Of a DNA stretch of 52,027 nucleotides, positions 30,352 to 37,413 are shown piece by piece. The position numbers were made by a program, and so were the translations under genes. Below the pieces are notes generated by a model. That model was not told where the DNA came from. It worked only from the letters and a program-made list of their open reading frames with translations, and did not search any database. Source of the stretch: Patescibacteria group bacterium (GTDB lineage: Bacteria > Patescibacteriota > Gracilibacteria > UBA1369); the NCBI GenBank assembly GCA_963169815.1, contig CAUJDC010000025.1, positions 1 to 52,027 of the forward strand. Reading direction: 5' to 3'. Position 1 is the stretch's first letter. Each line of letters starts with the position of its first letter.

Positions 30352-30591
30352 ATGAATAATACACTTTTTCACACTGCCGATTGGTACCTGTTTGTCTGGT
30401 TGTTAGCACACGGTTTCGCCGTGAAACAGATTGAAAGAAATAATCCCAGTAAATGCCAGTTTTATTTTGAGAGTTCAGCGGAGCTTGAAGGTGAAGTTCA
30501 GGCCTTTTGGAGAAATGAAACGGTAAATGTGCAGGATTTTATTCTGGCCATCAAAAAGGCAAAAGTACTGCTTCATGCCGATAGTTTTTAA
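30352..30591 (+). CDS. Small phage-like protein (DUF5659-like, 79 aa)
   Basis: The pattern YLFVWLLAHGFAVKQIE...CQFYFESSAELE resembles DUF5659 as I recall it. Confidence 0.5.
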   Translation: MNNTLFHTADWYLFVWLLAHGFAVKQIERNNPSKCQFYFESSAELEGEVQAFWRNETVNVQDFILAIKKAKVLLHADSF

Positions 30592-30738
30592 GATATCCAA
30601 ATATGGCCAGTTATTTGCGAGTTAAGAGAGGAGCAGGAGGTTGTAATCACAAGGGAATAGGAGAGTGTAGAAGGATTATGGCTTATTCACTGGATATTCG
30701 TGTCGTTTAAGGCATTGTGTTGGTAACTAAAGATATAT

Positions 30739-32595
30739 ATGCAAAGAACAGTTCTATATTGTCGCAAGTCTTCGGACAGCGATGACAGACAGGTACAATC
30801 CCTTGATGATCAGGAAACTGAGCTGAAGGATTTTGTGAAGAGGGCTAATGGATTTGCACAAAACAGCAATGAGAGGATGGAGATTGTGGAGATTATCAAA
30901 GAAAGCTGCTCGGCCAAAAACTCGGGTGAAAGGCCGCTTTTTAACCGAATGGTAGAGGACGCGCAAAGGGGAAAGTATGATGTGATTTTGATCTGGTCTC
31001 CTGATCTTATTTCGAGGAATTTGGGTGATATGGATAAGATTATCAGGCTTTTGGAAAGCCATAAGATCAAACATCTTCTAACTCAATCAAACCAAACTTA
31101 CGGCAATCGTGCTATTGAAAAGGGCATGCTGCAGTACTGTGTTGTGAATGCCAAGATGGAAAATGACCAGAAAGGTGAGAACGTGGTGCGTGGATTGAAA
31201 CGAAAAATCCGTGATGGTAACTGGATCGGCAATGCCCGACTTGGTTATCTGAATTTTGGAAATAAAAAAGGCCAGCGTTGGGTCGATAAAGACCCTGAGC
31301 GATGGGAAATTATCAAGCAATGTTGGGAAATGTTTGCGACTGGAGCCTATTCTGTCCCTCGAATCAGGGATAAAGCCGAAGAGATGGGACTTCGATCACG
31401 CCCAATGCGAAACAAGCCTGAAGGCGCTCGTGTGGGCATAAACACCTACTACGACATGTTCTGGAATGTTTTTTATCTGGGCAAAATGCTGGTTGGTAGA
31501 AAGGAAGATGTGAAGCTATTGCCAGAATTAAAGACGATGATACTCAATGGGGAAATTGAAGGTGAGATTTTTGAAGACTACGTTATTGTGAAAGGCAAAC
31601 ACCCGCCGATGATTTCAGAAGAGTTGTTTCGCCGTGTGCAGGTAATTCTCAAAGAGCGTGGCCTTGCCCATCATTGCACTAAAACACATTTTAAGGACTT
31701 TGTTTTTGCTGGATTGATTTTGTGTGGATCGTGCGGTCATGCTGTTGTGACGGAAGAAAAGACCAAATACAAGTGCACTGACTGTGGCACTTGGTTTACC
31801 TGCTCATCCGCTCGACCAACTCCTACCGATTGTAAAAAGTGCAAGAAGCGTTTGAGTAGGCAGGCGCTGGAAAACAGCTCTTACTACTGCTATGCCCACT
31901 GTTCGGGCAAGAACAAGGAAAAGAAATTTTGTCCGCAGACCTTTCACCCTAATGGAAGACCTAAACCAACTATTCCTGTAGTTGAGTTGGAAAGGCAGGT
32001 TGATGACATGCTGAACCGACTTTCGATGGATGAAGAGGTTTACGCCTATTGCATCAGCACTCTAAAAGACGAACATTTTCAGAATAAGATCGTTCAAAAT
32101 CAATCTTTGACGCTTTTGCAGAAAGATCACAAGCGAATCAAGGAAAAACTCGATAAGCTGGTGGATTTGAGGCTTGCTGGAGAGATTGATGCCGAGTATT
32201 TCGCAAATAAGAAGTCTGAGCTGGAAACGAACATCAAGGAGATCATGCAGCAACTTGAGAAGTTTAATCAGAAAAATACCGATTGGGTCGAACAGACGGA
32301 AACCTTCTTGAATATGGCTTCCAGAGCCAGTTTAGCGTTCAAGAACGGAGATAATCTGACAAAACGGGAAATCTTGAAAAGCATTAGCTCGCACATATAT
32401 TTGCAGGGCGGTAAACTCCGCTTTGAATTTCGCAAACCATTCGACATCTTACTCAAAGAACCGCCAACACAAGACTTAGACGCTGTGTCGAAAAATCAGG
32501 AGTTCGAACCAAACGGACATCAGGAAAAAGCCAAAATATCTGCTTTTGGCTCTCGTTTTTCTGAATGGCTCCCTCGACTGGGCTCGAACCAGTGA
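30739..32595 (+). CDS. Large serine recombinase (resolvase catalytic domain + recombinase domain + zinc ribbon + coiled coil)
   Basis: VLYCRKSSDSDDRQVQSLDDQ (catalytic Ser region), a Cys-rich CGSCGH...CTDCG...CKKCKK segment, and a coiled-coil tail. The last 30 nt overlap the tRNA-Asn 3' exon, and the stop is TGA. Confidence 0.92.
   Translation: MQRTVLYCRKSSDSDDRQVQSLDDQETELKDFVKRANGFAQNSNERMEIVEIIKESCSAKNSGERPLFNRMVEDAQRGKYDVILIWSPDLISRNLGDMDKIIRLLESHKIKHLLTQSNQTYGNRAIEKGMLQYCVVNAKMENDQKGENVVRGLKRKIRDGNWIGNARLGYLNFGNKKGQRWVDKDPERWEIIKQCWEMFATGAYSVPRIRDKAEEMGLRSRPMRNKPEGARVGINTYYDMFWNVFYLGKMLVGRKEDVKLLPELKTMILNGEIEGEIFEDYVIVKGKHPPMISEELFRRVQVILKERGLAHHCTKTHFKDFVFAGLILCGSCGHAVVTEEKTKYKCTDCGTWFTCSSARPTPTDCKKCKKRLSRQALENSSYYCYAHCSGKNKEKKFCPQTFHPNGRPKPTIPVVELERQVDDMLNRLSMDEEVYAYCISTLKDEHFQNKIVQNQSLTLLQKDHKRIKEKLDKLVDLRLAGEIDAEYFANKKSELETNIKEIMQQLEKFNQKNTDWVEQTETFLNMASRASLAFKNGDNLTKREILKSISSHIYLQGGKLRFEFRKPFDILLKEPPTQDLDAVSKNQEFEPNGHQEKAKISAFGSRFSEWLPRLGSNQ
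32525..32561. terminator. Bidirectional hairpin inside the recombinase 3' end, directly downstream of tRNA-Asn on the minus strand
   Basis: AGCCAAAA (32529-32536) pairs with TTTTGGCT (32544-32551). T runs follow the stem on both strands. Confidence 0.55.
32564..32572. repeat. Right copy of putative att core AATGGCTCC (overlaps the tRNA-Asn CCA end)
   Basis: It is identical to 18407-18415. Confidence 0.5.
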
Positions 32596-32862
32596 CCTAC
32601 CGGTTACACTTATTCTGATATTTCTATCAGGCGTGGACTATATCTTCACCATGACATCAAAGGGTTGGAGATGATGTGGACAGGTGCGTTGGTATCTAGT
32701 CTCTACGGCGCCCTCACGTAAGTGAGGTTCCCTCGGTATTGGCGTGCTACATGTAAATGTAGTTTAGCTTTCACCGATATCCCAACGAGTTTCAATCAAG
32801 CTTTAGCCTGAAAGCTGCGTTTATTGTCACAGCCGGTTGCTCTACCACTGAGCTACAAGGGA
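32566..32862 (-). tRNA. tRNA-Asn(GUU) interrupted by a group I intron (5' exon 32862-32829, 3' exon 32606-32566)
   Basis: The spliced 75-nt sequence is TCCCTTGTAGCTCAGTGGTAGAGCAACCGGCTGTTAACCGGTAGGTCACTGGTTCGAGCCCAGTCGAGGGAGCCA. It folds as a full cloverleaf with a 7-bp acceptor stem (U1-A72), G73, encoded CCA and loop CUGUUAA. It closely resembles E. coli tRNA-Asn as I recall it. Confidence 0.85.
32607..32828 (-). ncRNA. Group I intron (222 nt) in the anticodon loop, between U35 and U36
   Basis: P1 pairs exon GCUGU with intron GCAGC, placing a U-G wobble at the splice site. The intron ends in G. The core elements GUAGAGACUAGA and GAAGAUAUAGUCC form P7 (GACUA/UAGUC). Hairpins are CUACAU-UUAC-AUGUAG, CCUCAC-UUAC-GUGAGG and CUGAUA-GAAA-UAUCAG. 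Confidence 0.85.
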
Positions 32863-32998
32863 TCATTTGTCAATTTGCGCTTTGAAGAGTTTTGTTGGGC
32901 GCTGCATATGTGCTTCAACAATTGCTCAAAGCAGAGGAAATATATATAAGTCTCAGGGCTTTTTCAACCTTTTTTTAAAAAAAGCTGAGCAGGCTTGT

Positions 32999-33046
32999 TC
33001 CGGCCGCGTCACGAAATAGCGGCACGTCTGGAAATCCGGCCGCGTC
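32999..33046. repeat. Two copies of GC-rich 12-mer TCCGGCCGCGTC, 36 bp apart
   Basis: Copies lie at 32999-33010 and 33035-33046, just 3' of the minus-strand methyltransferase gene. They are conspicuous in AT-rich surroundings. Confidence 0.5.
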
Positions 33047-33054
33047 TGCTACTC

Positions 33055-34281
33055 TTAAATTTTAACCAATTTAACAATAGCTCTGGCCACCACTTGATCT
33101 GGACGTCGATAAATAATTTGCTGATGATCAACTCCGGTAATGCCAAGGTCTTCGGTTAATTCGATTGGCAGCAATTCTGCCTGTTCGAAACCGTATTCAT
33201 CCAATTGAGCCAAGACTGCATCCAGGGTCAAATAATGATCTGGCTGTCTTGGATGTTGATAAGCAAGTAGGGTCAAAACAATCGGTGTGCCACTTGGTAA
33301 AAGTGTACTGATGTTTTGCAGGAATTCATTCATGGTATAAGCCACCTGGCTGAGCACAGACTCGATTTTTGTTAGTGGAGGATTAACACTCATTGGTGGT
33401 CCAAGGAAAGTTTCACTAACTACAGCTGCAATCGGTTCATGAATGTCAGATTTAGTCACTCTGACAGCGTCTTTATTGAAAACTCTGAATTTGCTGGATA
33501 GATTTTGTTTCATGAAAATCCATTCCAGATTTTTATAACATTTCTGTACATTTTCCTGAAGGAGGTCAGACCCAACACTGTTATAGCCCATGAGACCTGC
33601 TTCCATTAGTACAGTACCGAGTCCACAGAAGGGGTCATAAACAACACCTTGAGACAGGTCTCTTCCTGCCAAATTGATCAAAATTTGGGCAAGTTTTGGT
33701 GGGAGCATACCGAGTCTTGGATCACGTTCCGGACGATTATAGTCACGATCGGAATAAGCATCGATGTCTTGAATAGCGATAGTGCGACCAATCAACCAGC
33801 CTGATTTAGTTTCAATAGCCAGAAATTCCGCGCCTTTGCCCAAAATGTTTTCACCTTTAAGTAGAGCTGTAGTTGGATTTTGGAAATTATTGTTGATGAA
33901 GCGGCTGGAAAGTTTAGCGGATTTCAGAGTCTTTTTAGTTTTTAGTAAGACATTTTTAATAATGTTGTTAGCTTGCCCTGATAAATTCTGGACAGTTAGA
34001 GCATAACGAACTTTGTCCTGTCGATCTCGAAATAAATCTAATGCCATTGTGCTGATCAATTCAGGTAAATCTTGTGCTCTTACTTCTGTTTTAAAAATCT
34101 CAGCAATCTTGATAGTGCCGCCGAGTTTGTTCAGAAGAGCTTTTGGATCAGTAATTTCTGTTTCTACTACTAATTGATCCTTGTCCAGGCTCAGAAACTG
34201 AGTGTCTTCAGGTAAAACGGATTGTAATTCGGCTAAAGAAAGGAGAGGATTCTTGCCTAGTTGGAATACATATTTGTTCAT
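33055..34281 (-). CDS. SAM-dependent RNA methyltransferase (UPF0020/THUMP-associated type)
   Basis: SAM motif VYDPFCGLGTVLMEAGLMG...GSDL preceded by a large N-terminal RNA-binding-like domain. The target is unknown. Confidence 0.7.
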   Translation of the reverse strand: MNKYVFQLGKNPLLSLAELQSVLPEDTQFLSLDKDQLVVETEITDPKALLNKLGGTIKIAEIFKTEVRAQDLPELISTMALDLFRDRQDKVRYALTVQNLSGQANNIIKNVLLKTKKTLKSAKLSSRFINNNFQNPTTALLKGENILGKGAEFLAIETKSGWLIGRTIAIQDIDAYSDRDYNRPERDPRLGMLPPKLAQILINLAGRDLSQGVVYDPFCGLGTVLMEAGLMGYNSVGSDLLQENVQKCYKNLEWIFMKQNLSSKFRVFNKDAVRVTKSDIHEPIAAVVSETFLGPPMSVNPPLTKIESVLSQVAYTMNEFLQNISTLLPSGTPIVLTLLAYQHPRQPDHYLTLDAVLAQLDEYGFEQAELLPIELTEDLGITGVDHQQIIYRRPDQVVARAIVKLVKI

Positions 34282-34330
34282 AAACTTGAGCTAAAACATG
34301 CACATTTTTACTTAATTTAGAGAAAATGCA

Positions 34331-34492
34331 ATGCAAAATCTTGAAAAAAGTCGATTTTGGTGGCGTTTTATACTTTTAACGCTGTTATTTGTGGTCGTTG
34401 TCCTGGGTGCTTTTTTCACAGGGGCATACTGGAAAGTCCTGCAATTTAGAGCCAATTTTGAGCTGATTGCTGATTTGAATAAGTGTAATTGA
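34331..34492 (+). CDS. Possible small membrane protein (53 aa)
   Basis: MQNLEKSRFWWRFILLTLLFVVVVLGAFFTGAYWK... has one TM helix. It is below the track length cut-off and would be the only backbone ORF ending in TGA. Confidence 0.3.
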   Translation: MQNLEKSRFWWRFILLTLLFVVVVLGAFFTGAYWKVLQFRANFELIADLNKCN

Positions 34493-34580
34493 TACGCAAG
34501 AGGATATTTGGCAATTTATTTCAATTGGAGTTTGGCAAACGCTGCACTATAGTGACCAGGAATAAATTAACAACACAACT

Positions 34581-35045
34581 ATGGCAATGTCTCTCAATCG
34601 TGTTCAATTGATCGGGAACCTCACTCGCGATCCTGAACTCCGCCAAATCCCTGGTGGTCAAACTGTCGCAACTTTAAGCGTGGCGACTAATTTTTCTTGG
34701 ACTGATCAGAGTGGAAATAAACAAGATAAGGCTGAATATCACAATGTAGTACTTTGGAGAAAACTTGCTGAAATCGCAGGCCAATATCTCCGTAAAGGCA
34801 GCAAGATTTTCGTTGAAGGCCGTATCCAAACTCGCGATTGGGAAGGTGAAGATGGTGTGAAAAGATACAAAACTGAAATCGTAGCCGACAACATTATCAT
34901 GCTCGACCGCAAGGGCGACATGGCTGGTGGTGGCGAACCAAGCTACGGCGGCGGACTCAAAAAATCTTCAAATGAATCATCTCCAGTTGCTGATGCTGTG
35001 GCGTTGGGGGAGAGTGATGTTACAATTGACGACCTCCCGTTCTAA
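34581..35045 (+). CDS. ssb: Single-stranded DNA-binding protein
   Basis: OB fold starting MSLNRVQLIGNLTRDPELR, a Gly-rich tail, and an acidic tip ending DDLPF. Confidence 0.95.
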   Translation: MAMSLNRVQLIGNLTRDPELRQIPGGQTVATLSVATNFSWTDQSGNKQDKAEYHNVVLWRKLAEIAGQYLRKGSKIFVEGRIQTRDWEGEDGVKRYKTEIVADNIIMLDRKGDMAGGGEPSYGGGLKKSSNESSPVADAVALGESDVTIDDLPF

Positions 35046-35079
35046 ACTATTTCTTCCTGCGTATTTCTTTGTCATCTGC

Positions 35080-35130
35080 AAAAATTCATCTGAAGCCGTA
35101 TAACTCATACTGTCTTCAGATGAATTTTTT
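35080..35130 (+). terminator. 16-bp perfect hairpin with 18-nt loop CCGTATAACTCATACTGT (copy A of a repeated element)
   Basis: AAAAATTCATCTGAAG (35080-35095) pairs with CTTCAGATGAATTTTT (35114-35129). A paralogous element lies at 50392-50435. Confidence 0.7.
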
Positions 35131-35132
35131 GA

Positions 35133-35276
35133 TTCCTTGAACTACTTGTAATAAATAGTTTAGATGATTTTGACTGTCTAGAAATGATCTTTTTTAGTTC
35201 CTCGTAAAACTCGCATTAAAAACTTTAGAGACTTTTTCTTGTTTCCTTGAATTACTTGAAATAAATCTTTTAGATT
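35133..35276 (+). promoter_or_regulatory. Three tandem promoter-like modules (TTCCTYG... with -35-like hexamer, 18-nt spacer, TAGAKN)
   Basis: Module A1 is TTGAAC (35137-35142) with TAGATG (35161-35166). Module A2 is TCGTAA (35202-35207) with TAGAGA (35226-35231). Module A3 is TTGAAT (35247-35252) with TAGATT (35271-35276). Two related modules lie at 50441-50533. Confidence 0.4.
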
Positions 35277-35282
35277 ACTCTC

Positions 35283-35558
35283 AACCACGTTGCGACATAG
35301 TTTTTTCGTCCGCCTGATTGGCGGAAGTAAAAATCTCCACAGAAAAAGCCCCTGAATTGTTTAAGTAAATCCAGGGACTTTGGAGGCTCTTTGATCTGGG
35401 CCTGTCCTCGCGCCAGAGGCGGGAAGACTTCTAGGAGGCCAGAATTCAGGGAGGGCCTTGGACTGCTCCGCGGCTAGCTGGGGAGCTGGTCCTTCTCTCT
35501 ACTGTTCTTTGGTGTTTTGTTTTACGACGAGAAGTCACCATCGTCATTTTTTATTTTT
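35283..35558 (+). ncRNA. Candidate structured RNA S1 (class unknown)
   Basis: It is a GC-rich ORF-free stretch downstream of the tandem promoter-like modules. It contains a long irregular hairpin at 35396-35442. CCCTGAATT (35350-35358) can pair with either 35368-35376 or 35443-35451. It ends at GACGA/TCGTC (35526-35545) plus a T run. Confidence 0.35.
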
Positions 35559-35629
35559 GTTTGTTTGTACCTTCCCCCAAGAATAAATTCAGGAGTTGGC
35601 TTTTTGTTTGATTTTATTTTTGGTTTTGT

Positions 35630-35800
35630 CTTTGGCAGAAAACTCGACGCGAACACCGAAGTGAAAGCGGAGATCGATACCAAAGGCGTATTTTGGGCAG
35701 TAGCCGCTGCCGCATCGAAAAGTAGAGAGTAGTAATCTCCAGTGCTGCGAGTCCTGGTCGTGGGTCGTAGAGGGAGACTTCTATCCGCTACTTTTCTTTT
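35630..35800 (+). ncRNA. Candidate structured RNA S2 (class unknown)
   Basis: It is GC-rich. Helix GGAGAT (35669-35674) / ATCTCC (35735-35740) encloses hairpin GGCAG (35696-35700) / CTGCC (35707-35711). The terminal hairpin GTAGAGG (35767-35773) / CCGCTAC (35785-35791) is followed by TTTTCTTTT. Confidence 0.3.
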
Positions 35801-35946
35801 CTCCTTGTTTTAAAAGTTCATGTTTCTAGCTTTCTTATAATCCAAGCATTATATCATTTTTGGCTTTCTTATACAAACCTGTTAATATCTGAAGTTAGAG
35901 AAGAGAAATCTTTAAATTATAAATTATTTTGCTAATTTAGTCAAAC

Positions 35947-36594
35947 ATGTCGAGCGCTCCAGAAATTAAGCCAATTGTCACTAATACTGGCCTTTTTGTA
36001 GCCATTGTTGGACCATCTGGTGTAGGAAAAGGAACTATTATGAATCTCTTCAAGCAGCGTTTCAAAGATGCGGTTTATGTCCTTTCTAACACCACTAGGG
36101 CTAAACGTGACGGTGAAAAAGATGGTGAACAGTATTTCTTTGTCTCGGTTGAAGAATTTGAAAAAGGTCTACAAGAAGGTAAATACCTCGAATACGCCCA
36201 AGTTCATCATCAGGATTATTATGGTGTTTTGCGAGAACCAGTAGAAAAAGCCCTTAAAGAAGGTAAAATTGTTATTCGTGAGCTGGATATTCAGGGAGTA
36301 GATTTGATCAAGAAAACGATTACTGATGGAGCTCTGCTAACTATTTTTATTAAGCCTGAGGATATGTCTTGTTTGCGCAAGCATATTGTCGAAAGAGGTA
36401 AGGTTTCTGAAGAAGAGTTGGATCGCCGCTTGGAAAGCGCTGAACATGAGTTAAAAAGAGCAGGTGAGTGTGATTATACTGTGACCAATTATGAAGGCCG
36501 TGTAGAGCAGGCTTATTTGGATATTGAGGGAATCATTTTAAGTAAAGCCAAAGCTCGTGGTGTGGTTTTGCAAAGTGCATCTTCTCGTTTTTAA
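35947..36594 (+). CDS. gmk: Guanylate kinase
   Basis: P-loop GPSGVGKGT, TTRAKRDGEKDGEQYFF, and the pattern YLEYAQV...YYGV. Confidence 0.93.
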   Translation: MSSAPEIKPIVTNTGLFVAIVGPSGVGKGTIMNLFKQRFKDAVYVLSNTTRAKRDGEKDGEQYFFVSVEEFEKGLQEGKYLEYAQVHHQDYYGVLREPVEKALKEGKIVIRELDIQGVDLIKKTITDGALLTIFIKPEDMSCLRKHIVERGKVSEEELDRRLESAEHELKRAGECDYTVTNYEGRVEQAYLDIEGIILSKAKARGVVLQSASSRF

Positions 36595-36608
36595 AAAAGC
36601 TTTGATTT

Positions 36609-36645
36609 GGGCGGATTTTGGTGTAATTTATGCCCGCCCTTTTGA
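36609..36645 (+). terminator. Rho-independent terminator after gmk
   Basis: GGGCGG (36609-36614) pairs with CCGCCC (36634-36639) and is followed by TTTTGA. Confidence 0.65.
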
Positions 36646-36656
36646 TGGGTATCTGC

Positions 36657-36730
36657 TGGGGATTGGCCAAGTGGTAAGGCTCCGCCCTCTGGAGGCGGCA
36701 CCGGGGGTTCGAATCCCTCATCCCCAGCCA
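36657..36730 (+). tRNA. tRNA-Gln(CUG)
   Basis: TGGGGATTGGCCAAGTGGTAAGGCTCCGCCCTCTGGAGGCGGCACCGGGGGTTCGAATCCCTCATCCCCAGCCA folds as a cloverleaf with anticodon loop CUCUGGA and encoded CCA. It closely parallels E. coli tRNA-Gln. Confidence 0.9.
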
Positions 36731-36906
36731 AATTAATCGTGGTGGAGAGGAATGAGACTTTTCAACCGACCGGGTGTCAATTTGGAATACCGTATTCTAC
36801 GGCTTGTTTTGTAATATAAAACTTTCTAAAGACCAATTAGTCTTGCAATTTGAAAAACTTTCTATATACTTGAGTTATCAAGTACTTATAAAATTTATTT
36901 TAATAT

Positions 36907-37341
36907 ATGAATACGAATGCAGTGAGCAACTCTTTGAAATTTTTAGTGAATGTATCTAAGTTCCAATCTATTCTAGCTAGAAAGCTGGATGGTTGTCTGG
37001 GCGGACTCGGATTTAGCGAATTTATTATTCTCTATGCTTTGAGTCAGGCTCCTGAGCAAAAGCTACGTCGTGTCGATTTGGCCGATAAGATTGGTTTAAC
37101 TGCTTCTGGAGTGACTAGACTTTTAGTACCGATGGAGAAAATCGGTTTGGTTAAACGGGATTTGAATGAAAATGATGCAAGGGTGCGTTATGTGATGTTG
37201 TCTCCTGGTGGCAGAAATAAATTGATTGAGGCCTTGGAAAGAGCAGAATTATTTGTCAGTGATAATATGCCTGCTGATAAAGCTGCCAGGATCACTAAAT
37301 TTAATGATTTGATCACTGAATTTAACCAGATTTTTAAGTAA
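36907..37341 (+). CDS. MarR family transcriptional regulator
   Basis: Winged-helix core LRRVDLADKIGLTASGVTRLLVPMEKIGLVKRDLNENDARVRYVMLSPGG. It lies upstream of the two ABC exporter genes. Confidence 0.85.
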   Translation: MNTNAVSNSLKFLVNVSKFQSILARKLDGCLGGLGFSEFIILYALSQAPEQKLRRVDLADKIGLTASGVTRLLVPMEKIGLVKRDLNENDARVRYVMLSPGGRNKLIEALERAELFVSDNMPADKAARITKFNDLITEFNQIFK

Positions 37342-37413
37342 TTTTTAGAGCATGTGTCTTGCTAAGTTCGTGTATTTGTGTTATTTATTCTAAGCTAACC
37401 TAATTTTTCAAAA

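Larger units (their letters stand above)
18407..32572 (+). mobile_element. Integrative defence island (~14.2 kb) inserted at the 3' end of tRNA-Asn by a large serine recombinase
   Basis: It is bounded by 9-bp AATGGCTCC copies. All ORFs are on the + strand. Cargo is an excisionase-like HTH, Type I R-M, Fic, an OLD nuclease and phage-like small genes, and the recombinase abuts the tRNA. All three TGA stops among called genes fall here. Confidence 0.7.

Noticed and set aside
29702-30409. Minus-strand ORFs 29702-29887, 29784-30191, 30016-30330 and 30188-30409, plus plus-strand ORF 29714-29935
   Set aside because: They overlap the co-oriented plus-strand HTH and small-gene series and the terminator hairpin. 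The plus-strand genes show start/stop coupling and recognisable HTH features.
32607-32830. Alternative splice register giving anticodon loop CUUGUAA (tRNA-Thr UGU)
   Set aside because: Both registers end the 5' exon in U and the intron in G. Only the Asn register is supported by the P1 pairing GCUGU/GCAGC. In addition, U1-A72, G73 and overall similarity match tRNA-Asn rather than tRNA-Thr.
35096-35113. Group II intron domain V in the conserved hairpin loop (AGCCGTAT...ATAC)
   Set aside because: Only the AGC-CGUAU half resembles domain V. The position of the 3'-strand bulge and the pentaloop do not fit, and there are no other intron domains or an RT ORF nearby.
35517-35732. The 71-aa track ORF inside the ssb-gmk gap
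   Set aside because: Its composition is not protein-like (Phe/Gly runs). It has no RBS and it spans the AT-rich spacer between two structured GC-rich blocks and a terminator. I treat the region as non-coding.
35649-35732. 5S rRNA-like strings GCGAACACCGAAGTGAAAGC (35649-35668) and GAGAGTAG (35725-35732)
   Set aside because: They resemble the 5S loop C and loop E regions with roughly correct spacing. However, no upstream sequence can form helices I-III with them (no partner for ACCG or CGGAGATCG). The 5' half of a 5S gene is therefore absent, and this may be chance or a relic.
35283-35805. tmRNA (standard or permuted), RNase P RNA or SRP RNA in the GC-rich gap
   Set aside because: For tmRNA, there is no T-arm (GGTTCGA-like) on either strand, no G3-U70 acceptor, and no tag frame ending in hydrophobic residues plus a stop. 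A 7-nt GACTTCT/AGAAGTC-ACCA match lacks the adjoining T-arm. For RNase P, only AAAGTCC (minus strand) and ACAGAA (plus strand) fragments are present, on opposite strands of one hairpin. For SRP, GGAGCAGTCCAAGGC (minus strand) resembles GGAAGCAGCCAAGGC, but no GNRA hairpin or 5' partner occurs in the correct order.
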